Assembly (NCBI GenBank): GCA_963924565.1
Contig: OZ004610.1
Span: 9,362,001-9,426,000, forward strand
Reading direction: 5' to 3'
Length of the DNA stretch: 64,000 nt
DNA from: Ascidiella aspersa
Lineage: Eukaryota
The translations under genes were made by a program, and so were the position numbers. Numbering within the stretch: position 1 is the stretch's first letter; every line of letters begins with the position of its first letter. This document shows, piece after piece, positions 29,551-41,094 of this stretch. The notes under the pieces were generated by a model that saw only the letters and a program-made list of their open reading frames with translations, did no database searches and was not told the DNA's origin.

Positions 29551-31403
29551 CGCGCATCTGCCGGGCGGGCGGCTGCATTGATTAGTGGCAAGATTGCATT
29601 TGCGCTGAGAAAGCCCAAGAGAACGGCCGAGCGGTGCCATTTGCCAACGCCAGATGCGGCGACAAGCTTTTGGAATTCAAAAAGGCATTGGTGTCGGAAA
29701 TCAAGTTGGTTTGCTGGCTTTGGCCGTTTCACGACGGCACTTGTATTTTGCTGATCGAAAACAAACCAGTCCCCTGGGGTCTCCACCATTTAAAAGTATC
29801 TTTTGCCATGCGCCCTTTTACGCGTTCTACGTTTTGTAATGTTTCTTGTTAACGTTTGGGGTTTAGTATTAGGAAAGGCTTGTGTCTCTTTTCCACGTGA
29901 GTACCACGCACTTTTTATTTCACGCCTATAGAATTTGTTTAATGTTCCGAGCAATCATCTTTATTTCAAACCAGACAATCATCAATGTGAATTTCGCACA
30001 TTTCGCACATGAGACGTTTAGGGTTCATGGCAGTTGTAATTATACCAAACAAAGACTTTACGGTATGTTGAAGGCTTGTAAAAAGAGATTTAAACAGTTC
30101 GAAGAAATGTAGATTGGTGGCCCAAGCTGACAAACAAACAAACAAACAACATTACGTTATTAGGCTCCTAACAAAAATCAAGGCTTTTCTTTTTGTAAAA
30201 GCCATCCAATTTGTTTGCCACTTTCAGGAATTTCCGTCGTACGATGCACCTTTACGTCAGAACAGTGACAGACGTGTTTTTTGTCCCAGTGCGGTGTTTC
30301 CAGTCGCTTCTTCATCAATAATTTACCCTTTACAGATCAATGAGCGTCTGGCTGTCACTGACGTAACCAGTCAAAAGCAAAAAGCACATTTTTCTTAATG
30401 GCGGCGAAGGCCGTTGCCTACTCCGTGATTTTGTTTTATCTTTTGCTCAAACTGAAATGTTTTTCTTAATTACATAAAGAACAAAGTGGGATGGCACTAG
30501 GTAGACTTTCTGTCGACGGTCATAATCGAGCTAAACATGTTTTTTGTTTTAAACTGAGTTTTTGTATCAAATTATTTAAAAGTGCACAAGCAAGGTTATT
30601 TTGTCATAAAATGTGCACTGTTGCGAAAACTATATTATGGATCGAGTCAAGATGGAAAAATAAGGCATTTGTGTAATCTACAAGATTGCGTAAAATAAAA
30701 ATTAACATATATCCTGCCCTCTTTTTTGTAAAATTTAGAAGCCTGGGCCCGCTACACACTATAGGACAGGAACGAGAATATTTTACATACTAAATATTCC
30801 AAACGTGTCAGTTTACTAGAAGTAGAAATCGGCTAAATTTGCTTAACATATATCGGTTTAATTAATTTATATCCAGAGGTCAAACATCAGTCAAAACAGC
30901 ACATTTTTGTCATACTTGGCGCATGTTTTCAACTAAAAGCCAAAATAATTACACAATTTATCAGCAAAAATTTGCTGGTGTTATAGGCTACCTATCCACC
31001 TTAGGTTAGCCACCTTTGCCCTGAGTTAGTTGCATAGGATAGCAACTTTCTTAATTTTAGTGACTTTTGCTTTTCGTCCAGCTGTGCTGTGCGATCGACA
31101 AATAAGCCAAAGAATATCATTTGTCAAGATATTAGTGTGACTTTAATATTTCACATTTGTATTTTACCTAACACGCAGTGACGGATCTAGGTGATTGATG
31201 TAAGTCGCCATTACAACAACGCAAGCATTACCAATAACAATTTACCCTTGGCGCTCAATGTGCCTAAATTTACACTTGGAACAGCTGCTGAAAAATATAA
31301 TTTGGCGTGGTTACCCTTTACGTGCCCCACTGAAATAAAACCAGGTTAATAGTTGTAATATTGGAAAACGCAGAAGTGCTATAAAGCAACAATATCTACT
31401 ATC

Positions 31404-31837
31404 CAGTGTTGCAATGGGTCAAGTCAACGACGTGTCTCGCACTAAAGTGACTGGTTTCAAATGACTTAACTTGGACTTAAGTAATTGAATAAAATGACTC
31501 GGGTTGAGCTTTAAGTGTTATACATTTTATTAAAAATGAGCTATTTACGTCAATTTTTGCACGTAAAACGAATTGATAGATTATTTTGTCAGTTAAGTTT
31601 TTGCTAATTCTTATTATTTTTGTTAGTTGAGTTATTACTTATAATCGGACGAGTTTGCCTATAGTTTAATGGTTTATCGTTTTATTTTATTTTATGTTAT
31701 TTGACTTGGAGTTGACGTGCTCCAATAATGACTTGTTGTTTTTTAAGGGGGGGAACCAGAGGGGTGGGGGACATGACGAAGACTCGTGACTTTACTGGGA
31801 CTTTTAGTTATTTCAAAATATCTTGTTTACGACATTG
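31404..31837. mobile_element. Degenerate GACTT-repeat MITE
   Basis: CAGTGTTGCAATG..CTTGTTTACGACATTG; colinear with 23402-23857; TSD not recognisable. Confidence 0.65.
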
Positions 31838-32595
31838 ACGCATTCTGAAAGCGGACTAGTATAAAGAACAACAATAATAAAAATAAATGCGCAATAAAAT
31901 GTGTAGCCTACAAAGATCCTAACTTGTTTAATAAAAGAAGTCTCAACCCGGTGGGCCTATAGGACGATTGAACGCGGTCGTTCTAACACCGAACTTTTTG
32001 CGCAGATGTTCTCTTCGGCAGCGCACTGTTTGTCCTTTATTTTTGTTTGGGATAAAGAATAAGTAATGGCTTGGGTTAGAATTTAGGATAGGGTTATCGC
32101 AATTTGCACTAAAATACGAAGTGGGGGCTACAAAGACAGCGCTAATTTCCCTATAAAAATGTGAAAATATGTCAATCAAATTATTCCTATTTAGCTATAA
32201 ACCGCGTAATTTTAAATCTAACATGAATCTTATTAGGTTTGCTTAAAAATTGTTTTTCAGCATTGTTTTTATAGAGATACCATTTTGTGCCCTTGAAATA
32301 ATAGAGGATCCCAGCAGATTTCCAAACGAGCAAAATTAAAACAAAATCATAGAACATTAACCCCTCCCACAAACCTACGGTGAAAGTAGCCTAATTTTTT
32401 AGAATAATAAAAATATTTTTACCGAGACGTTTAAATTCTTTTAGAAATGACGTCGCAAAGTTACGTCATAATAGGACGTATAAATCAAGTAGGCCTAGTA
32501 TTATGACATCATCCAAGGTTTTCGTTGGATTAAGTAATAAAATATTCAACTAAACCCCACTTTAAACGAATTTAAAAAATGACCAGTGTTGTAAT

Positions 32596-33002
32596 CAGGG
32601 CTGCGGAGTGGGTTAAAAACAACCCGAGTCCGACTACCAAGTCCGACTTCGGTCAAAAAAATACACCCGAGCCGATTCCCGAGTCCCGAGTCCGACTCTG
32701 ACTCAGCAGCTTGTATTTTACCCATTTAAGCAACTAAATTAAGGTCCACTTATATTGGTGTCATAATTGATCCACCTGCATTATATGGTTTAAAAATATT
32801 TCAACATTTGCTATAAGACTGCACTTTTACAACATTTTACCGCCTTAACAGTTTTAAAATTTGATACTGCGCAGACGCACGTCGGACTCCGGACTCGGGT
32901 AGTTTTACGCGGTCTTACTCGAGTCCCGAATCCCGAGTCCGACTCCGGCAAAACAAACCGACCCCGTTGAGTCCCGAGACCGACTCCGACTCCGCAGCCC
33001 TG
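32596..33002. mobile_element. hAT-type MITE with GAGTCC/CCGACT repeats, inserted into the terminus of a GACTT-family element
   Basis: TIRs CAGGGCTGCGGAGT / ACTCCGCAGCCCTG; perfect TSD GTTGTAAT. Removing it restores CAGTGTTGTAATGACTTAAGTC. Confidence 0.92.
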
Positions 33003-34253
33003 GTTGTAATGACTTAAGTCAATGTCATGACCATTCTATTCGGAAAAGTTGCTGTATTACATGGCCTCACTTAAAATGTTCCGAATTACAGCTTTGGCAT
33101 ATATCGACAGCAATCTTGGCTTTCTTAAACGTCACTGTTGCGCTATATTTTAAATCATCCGGCCATGGTTCAATATGGTGGCGCTGCAGGTCTATGTGTT
33201 GCCTGCTTCCTAATAATACTTTCATGATTTATACAGTAGGCCCTACCGGTCTTTAGTTTAGTTTACTCAAACATTCTTGGGATAAAGCAAGTAAATGTAG
33301 TTTGAAGGAATTAGGGTAGCAAGCAAAGCCCGCTGAATAATAAATGTATTTTATGCGTCCGTTTGTTCCCCGTGATTATTTAGTCAGTAGGCCTACCAAT
33401 ACTAAGGCATAATACTTTACAATTTACCCCAATTATTGCACACCGGGCGCATTTTTGCGTTATTATTTTTATTTTACATGTAAAATAAACATGACAGATA
33501 CTTACTCGCCACAAATTGATTGTTTACCAAAGACATTTTTGATAGCTTTAACCTTTGTTTAATAAATTGACCATCATTGTTTTTTTTATGTTCTTTTATG
33601 TTTCTTTCATTTTTTTTTATATCTTGTGAAAGTGCTCGTTTGACGACCGCAGAAGAAATAAGCTTGCAAGCGTCCGTAAGAGGCAAGATATTATTACTTA
33701 TATTCTATTTGGTAAGAGCTGCGTTTTAGAATTTTTTCAGTGATGGTTAAAGAAAGAGAGTATTTTCAATCTTTTTTAAGCAGAATTAATTTTCTACGGT
33801 TACGGCATTGGAAGCAAAACTTTTGAGTTAACAGGTTATCATAAATTTTTCGTAGTGGGCAGTCGACCAATTTGTGGAACATTGGGAAACTTTACCACAA
33901 TTTGTTCTACTAGGTGGCGCTTTTCGCGGAAAGTTCCTTGGAATTCCGCGCAGTACGTGGGACTCCATGGGTTGTTGACGAAATGTAATTGCAGTTGAAA
34001 TCTGCGTTGCTAGTGCTGGTGCTTGCATCACGTTGTGTACGGCATGGGGTCTAGTGTACATTATATAGGTCCAAAAAGCTGCGACCATCTGTAAATAAGT
34101 GATAGAAAGTGTGTAAACGGATATTACTGTGTTTCTAGCAGCATTACGAGTGGTTGGTTGTTTTGTCGTCAGTATACCTGATTAAATATGATTTGTGGTT
34201 TTGATTGTGTAATGTACGATGCAAGTTAACAAACACTTAGTGTTTAAGTGTGG

Positions 34254-35016
34254 GTGGGTCAACTATTATTATGTTTGTTATTTAATATTATTACTTGACG
34301 TACCCAAACGCTAACCCGCACCCTAACCCAAATAATGTTTGTTGTGGTAGGATTCTAGACCAGCGCCAACACTTGCCTAGATTATAATAAGTTAACTACA
34401 TATGCTGGTCCTTTCGACATAATATTACAGCCGAGTTGCTGATAACTACCAAGTAGAAATATTTAAACCAAGGAGTTAATGACTGAAGTCTATGGAATGT
34501 TTGCTCATTTAGGATGATTTATTCGATGTGATGACTTCATCGTAGTCAAGGTTTAAAGTAGGGTTCCTCTCCGGGAATGTTTTGACGGGAAATTCCCGGG
34601 ATTTCCCGCGAATTAACAATCCCGAATCCCAGGAAATTTTTTTTATAATCCCGGGTATTCGGCAACCTAGCAAAACTTAAAAAATATTGCCGTTTTTGAC
34701 TAATATGAAGAAAAAAAATAGTACCCACCATGTTAACGTCGTTGCCTGAGTTGTTTTATTTGCGCTTTCCAGCGTAAAAACCTAATTAAATTTATTTTAA
34801 CAAAAAAAATGCGTCACAAATAAGGGTCCTGACTCCTATTAGAGAAGGTCTGGCGCTCCTTCAGTTATGAACGTATAAATTAATAAAAAAAAACGGTCTT
34901 TAAATACTGCATACCACAACGCAAATTATTTGGGTTAGAATGCGGGTTAGCGTTTGGGTGAGGGTGGGTCAAGCGGTGTTATTAATAATATATAAACATA
35001 ATAATATTTGACCCAC
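34254..35016. repeat. Inverted pair of a roughly 100-bp dispersed repeat with TAACCC motifs (34254-34349 and 34912-35016)
   Basis: GTGGGTCAA..ACCCAAACGCTAACCCGCACCCTAACCCAAATAAT..GTTGTGGTA and an imperfect reverse-complement copy. Confidence 0.8.
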
Positions 35017-35202
35017 GAAAGAAAGAACGCCCATAAATGAGCTTAATTAAATGTTTGAAGCTAAAATAAAAAAAAATATCAACCTCAAAATGACGTGATT
35101 TTATGTATAATTTTTTCGTCGGGATCCCGGGATTCCCGGGAAGTTTCATTTTTCAATCCCGTTTCCTGGGAGTGAAAAAATCCGGGAAAAAGAGGAACCC
35201 TA
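34559..35202. mobile_element. hAT MITE with CCCGGGA repeats
   Basis: TIRs TAGGGTTCCTCT / AGAGGAACCCTA; perfect TSD GTTTAAAG. Confidence 0.9.
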
Positions 35203-36004
35203 GTTTAAAGACTTAACATTCCAAAACCATTACTTGTAAAAACTATACTTTTGCTGTGTTCATTGAACATTAAGCTACTAGTAGGTTTACTAAATTAGTT
35301 TGTGATTAATGTTGTGTAAGTTACTTTATGGTTGTTTAGACTATAAGTTCCAAAAAAAAAACTTAACAGGAACTGAATTACATGGGGACTACCGGTACAT
35401 GATAAACATTTTGTTTCAAATTGTTCCAAATGAAAACTGTTTTTGACTGAGTTAAAAAAAGGAAAATGTTTTCACAAGAATGTAAATCTGTTTGGTCTGC
35501 TCTTGTTACCTATTTATCAAACACCATTTTGCTGGATCTTATAAACATTTCATGTTCAAAGTGACATGCTGAGTTGTTTATCACTTTTTGTTCTTTAAAC
35601 TAGGCCTTACCAAACTTATACATTATAAAACATCAATTTAACCCGAAGTGCAACTCTGCATAGAAGTATTTTTTTTGACTTTGGTATACAAATATTAAAA
35701 TTATTGAAAACTCTAGGTTAACATTACCTGAAAAATGTGTTTTGAATAGATATTGTAAAATGTTTTCTTTATCATTGTTTAACTTTAAGTTTCCTGGAAA
35801 ACTTTTCAAATTTAAGACAGGTTACTTTTAAAAAAATCTGTGGTTTAAAGCATATTTCAATTGTGATTTAAACTTTCTACTACTTATTCTAATTTTTTAA
35901 ACCAATAACAGAATTTATATTCAAATTTATGTTTTATAATAAGTTATTAGTGGGACTTGCACTTTGCAAACATTAGGGAACTAGAATACTGTTTCATGTT
36001 TTAA

Positions 36005-36190
36005 ATGTTTGAAAGCCCACAGTGGCATAATACATGCTCGTCATTCAAAATGCCTGTTCCAACCATGGATAATACAAACAACCTGATTTCGCGGATGTCA
36101 CCTGCGCTGGATAATAATCATCATCATAATCCAGAAATGCTTTGTGCCTCAATTGAAAGATTTTCAGCACGCCATGAACCTTACGCAGAG
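36005..36190 (+). CDS. FNDC3: Probable distal alternative first coding exon of FNDC3 (ATG at 36005 or 36050)
   Basis: 62-codon open frame in very AT-rich flanks, ending GAG|GTAAAT in phase 0, compatible with exon 41440. Confidence 0.55.
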
Positions 36191-37496
36191 GTAAATTTTT
36201 ATGTTAATGGCATGACATATTTACTTTTAAGTTTTATTAGGTTTTAAAAGCGACTTTAAATACTGGTACGAATTCTTCCCCACAATTGCAATCCTTGTTA
36301 AAATTCAACAAACCAAATAATTGTCTTTGCAGATAGGAAAAATAGTTAAAAAAATTTGTTTTTATATTTTGCCTTAATTTGTGGAGATAATTTTAGAACA
36401 TGTAACACTAATATATTTTACCACTAAAACTGTATTACCTATTTTATTTAAATAGCATTGTTTATAAATATATTTATCTATATGCATAGTTAACACTGTT
36501 GTGCAAAAGTAGGTCATGGACTTCTTATCCAGGAAAAACAACTATCAATATGTGTATATCACTAACCTTTTATGCCTTAGTACTAAGTTCAATACAAAGG
36601 ACAAGGACCAGCTGGATGATATTGTTTTAGCCATGCAAGTCGGTTTTGAGGAGGTCATGCCTTCTATTCTTCGTAATAAATGGTTTTCTGTGGTTGACTT
36701 AGACTGATGTCATTACTTTTTTGTAAAAAAATATGGTGTTATCTGTTAATTCCCACTTTTGCAGTATTGTAGATATTTTGTATATTGTTAGGTACTCATC
36801 CTTCATAATTTAAATAATTTATCAAAATGTGATAAACTGCAGGGGAGTTCAACCGCCTGTCTGGGCTAAGCAGTGTGTCAGTTGCTAGCATAAAACCAAC
36901 AGACTAGTCGTTACTTTAAAGGCGAGAGAGAAAGAGAAATGGGGAGAGAGTGCACAGTCAAGTGCATATCGCTTCCATAACATGTTGCCGTTGGTAACTA
37001 GCGATGGATATATAAGTGGTGCGCCTTGTAAAGCAAGCAGGCGTCGATAGATAGCCAGGCCTTTTCCCAGAGCCTGGCATTTCGCACCCAATGATAGCTC
37101 GGTTTCCGGCGCTGTCCCAGGCATTTTGCCGGGCTGCGCTTGACACGCCGTAGCGGCTCCAGCGGTTAACCGTGCAGATTGGGTGAAGCTTTAACGAACC
37201 AAGAAAGTGCAGCTACAGCGGCATCAGCAGCAGCAGCAACAGCAAAAAACGCTTCGCATTTCGTTCGGCCTTGTTAGTTCTGAATCGCATTCAAGCGTGA
37301 GGGTGGCCGCTGCCGAAATCTAACGTATGGCTGGTGGCGCCGTTGTACGTGCGCGACTGGGCGTGCTATTCACCGGCTTCGCTGTCTAACTGCAAGCACC
37401 CGTCTGTAGTTTCAGTGCAGTCGACAAAAAAAAAGAATTCCTAGGCACGCGCATTTTGATTGCTGCAAACCGTCCATATTGCCGCACCGTTAAACA

Positions 37497-37529
37497 ATGA
37501 ACAGCAGAGGTTTACTGGGACAGGCAAAA
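37497..37529 (+). CDS. FNDC3: Candidate alternative first coding exon of FNDC3 (MNSRGLLGQAK)
   Basis: ACAATG start at the end of a roughly 650-nt GC-richer block; strong donor AAA|GTAAGC in phase 0. Confidence 0.45.
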
Positions 37530-38924
37530 GTAAGCTGGGACATGACAAAACAAACATGCGGGTTTAAATACACAAAAAAGTTTACGCAACTTTATCGTCG
37601 TCGTCGTGTGGTCTCGCGGCTTTTCAAGAGCGACATTTAACTGAGTGCGGAATTTCTTGCGTGTCGGTTCCTTTGGAGAAGTGAAGACGCCTTTGTGTTC
37701 AGGTCAGACGAGTGTGAGGTCGATTTTAGAGACGCTAGACAAGTATCATTCCGCCCTGAAATCTAAGAAAAGAATAAGTTACTCTGTGCGCTGCAAATTT
37801 AGGGTCGCCTCAGGCGCGGAGCTAATGGTGCCGATTTCTTTGGCATTTTGCAGTCGCGTGCCAATTTCTGTTTCGTCTATAGTTTTGTGCAATAACGCCC
37901 AGTCGATACATGCCAGTTTAGGAGGTCAATCGGTTGCCTACGGCCTTTCGACGAAGTCTCTGTCTAAATTGGGAGGCAGGCGAATCGGACGAAATATTTA
38001 AAAATAAGACCAGTTAGAAAAATGTTCAGCATACTTTTTAGGTGTGTTGTATGTAAATATTTTCGAGGAACCAGTGTAGCTGAGTAGGCTTAAGCTGCCG
38101 TATTTATTTCTAATAAATTCTTTTATGAATCAATGTCGTGTTTTTTCTAGAACTTTTACAATATGTAAAGAGCAAAATCAGTCGAGAATTAAGCTGCATA
38201 TCACGGTATTTATACCAATTATCGCATTTCTGTGGCTTAGTGTCAATGGTTTCCATAGCCCGGCCTCTATGAGTGTTTACAGCGCGGCGTCGCAACTTAT
38301 TTATACCGCTCAGTTCGCGCTCCGTAAAAAATAACCTCCTCTCATGTGACCGCCTATCACGACCAGCATTTGTGCGACCGGCCGAAAGCCTTGTGGGCAA
38401 AATTCTCCAATTTGCATTGGACGCGTAATTTGCCTCTGTCACGAATGCTCGCGCGACGCCTGGTCTTTTGGGGCCTGCCTACGTAGATGCGATGATGGCA
38501 TTAATTGTAGGATTAAAACGCTTTCGCACCGTTGGCAAAGCCGCCTAATCGCCTCAATTGAAATCAAAATCAAATCTTATGTACATATTGCCAGCGTTGT
38601 GCAAAGCGGATGCGCTGATCAAAGCATGGTTCCTGTTGAGTTGCAGCGCTTAGAGCGAGGTTCCTCGCTGCTTTGACGCGAGCCGAATGACGGCTCGAGA
38701 CGGTTTCGGCAACCGCCGTCGCAATTAAATCCGTGCTTTCGACGTGAGGCAAGTGCGCTCGGGAATTTTCCAAGTCGCGTTTTGCGGGGCAGCTGGTTTG
38801 ACGTTCTTTGAGTTCACGGTTTTAGATGTTTTTCAGAGAGCGCGATACGTGCTGCTGTTGTGTAGTGGCGCTTTGCTGTCATATATATGCGAAGCTTAGA
38901 AGGACGACTTTCGAGGCTTTACAG

Positions 38925-39210
38925 CAGTGATTTCCAAAGTGCCTCGAGAGATTGTCAAGTGTGCCGCGAAACTTTTTGTAATTACGGAAAAGAGAGTATT
39001 TTGTATTACCAATAGGCATACACGCAAGCATTTTAGACCTAAATGCGCGCTATTCATTACAAATTAATAATTTTGAGACATTTACATATAGTTTGTCGTG
39101 TGATAAGAACGATTATAAAATTGCTCTATTGTTGATCTGGTTAAAGTGTGCCGCGAAATAGTTAAGATTTGTTTAGTGTGCCGCGAGCCCAAAAAGTTTG
39201 ACAACCACTG
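38925..39210. mobile_element. hAT MITE
   Basis: CAGTGATTTCCAAA / TTTGACAACCACTG; internal GTGTGCCGCGA x3; TSD CTTTACAG / TTTTACAG. Confidence 0.8.
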
Positions 39211-39474
39211 TTTTACAGTTTTGTCTCTTTACAGAAAGAAAAATAATGCGGTCAGCTGTGCAAAATATAGTTACTGCAGAGACGGTAAACAACGTCTGCT
39301 GTTTATCAGTTCGCACAAGGCTCGGCGCGCCAGCAAATTTAAGTCGACCGCTTCGCCTAACTTAAACAAACGGCGGTCCTTCGCGTTTTCCCAGGCGAAA
39401 AAATGCCAGATGTATATCAGGCGAAAGGTTAGCGGCGGAGCGCGCATCGAAAGGTCCGCGATCGCTCAGAGCGC

Positions 39475-39601
39475 TGACGTGGCCTTCCCAGTCGGCCCGG
39501 CGTGACGTCATTTCGGCGCGCCGCTGCTGAACGAGCTGCTGGTGACTGGCAGTGCGCGCATGCCACGCTTGGTTGAAACTAGGCCGCAAGCGATTGCATC
39601 A
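39475..39601 (+). promoter_or_regulatory. Cluster of bZIP stress-response motifs (UPRE, CRE, C/EBP-ATF) in a CpG-rich block upstream of FNDC3 exon 41095
   Basis: TGACGTGG 39475-39482, TGACGTCA 39503-39510, ATTGCATCA 39593-39601. Confidence 0.5.
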
Positions 39602-41094
39602 CGCACCAGAAGATAATCACTCGCTGCTAAATTGGCGCCTAAAATAGCGTTTAATGCCGTTTTTTAATGCATTCACTCGATATTAGTGCGTTGGCGTAGT
39701 GCGGCGGGCGCACAGGCCTTGCCGAAGCTTTCTGTTTCCTTTTATTGTTTTTTGTCGTCAAATCGACGAACGGGCCAGCGCTAGCGCCCAAACCGCTGTT
39801 TAGAACTTTTGACGCAACTGTTTCGGCGCCGTTTTTTCCATAAAACAGAATTAACTGCAAAAAGTTTAATTATATAACTTGCTGTTTGTTTTTTCCCCCG
39901 AAAGACACGAAATGGCGCGTTCATCGTAAAGAAAAAAATAGGGCCCACCACCAGTAAAGCCACAGACGATCGACATTAACTTTAGCAAAAAAAAACAGTA
40001 TAAACACACTCGGATGATAAGCGCCTCTTGGCCAACTCGTCCTTTAAATCGCGAGACGCAATAGAAACGAATCAAAGGAAAACGGAGCCGCGTTGGTCTG
40101 GTTCGCCTGCGCCCTAGCCCAAGTTCCTGTTTATCTTGAAAGCTGTTACCGTGAAGCAAGCTTAGTGCTGTGGTGGCTGCAGGATGCGGGATGAAAAACC
40201 CAAAGGGACATACTCCAGGTTAGTTTGTAAACACGGCTACCCTTAAACGGCACCGGGCTGAATTTTCTAAGCCATTTTACGCTTTACATTGGGACGAATT
40301 TTCTACGAAAACCGGTATGAAAACAGCCGACTTCTTTTGAAGATGCCTTGAGAGCTTGTTCCTTTTTCTCGCCTTCTTGCTGCTCGGCGGGCGCAGCTTG
40401 TTTGATTCGAGTGTCTGAAACCCGGTGACAAACACCAGGCCGCGAGTTCGCAGAACGGTGAGAAAGCGAAACGCCACTAGGCGCCAATGCAAATTTGCCT
40501 TCCTTCCCTTGGGTGCGATGGGAAACGCCGGCAATGGTCTGTTTGTTATGGGAATTTGCAGAGCACTTGATACTTGGTTCTCGCCTTTTGACTGGCTTTG
40601 CCCTTCCAGTCGAAATCAACATCCGAGCCTAGCGTTAGTTCTTTGAAATAAGCGCCGTCAGCGAACCCAACACCGATTGCCTTAATCGTGTTATCGTAGG
40701 GGCTTTGTGTCGGAGCAAAACATGCAGACGGCACTTCGATCGGGCCACGGCGTTCTCTTTGTTTTTTGAGCTGACGAGCGGTTCTTGGGCGTGATTTAGT
40801 TTAAATGACGGCTAGATTGCAGCTCGGAAAACGTAGAGACACCGGAGACGACACCCGCAGCAATCAAAACACCGAAGGGTGCCATGTGCGTTTGATAAAC
40901 GCCGGGCAGTCCGACTGCTAACCGGTGCCGCCGGTTTTTGAGCCGGTAATTTAATACCGAAGACGTCAGGTCTGGTTTGCATTGTAGCCTAACGCACTGC
41001 TTTGTTTTGTTTTTCTGTAGACGCTTAGATTCGATAGTGCACATTTATTGTTTACCTAAAACACGTAGAGATGTCTGGCAAATAGGCGCCCGGA

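Noticed and set aside
29600-36000. Additional protein-coding gene between tubulin and FNDC3
   Set aside because: The short ORFs have no recognisable domains or coherent exon chain. The region is mostly MITEs and probable regulatory or UTR sequence.
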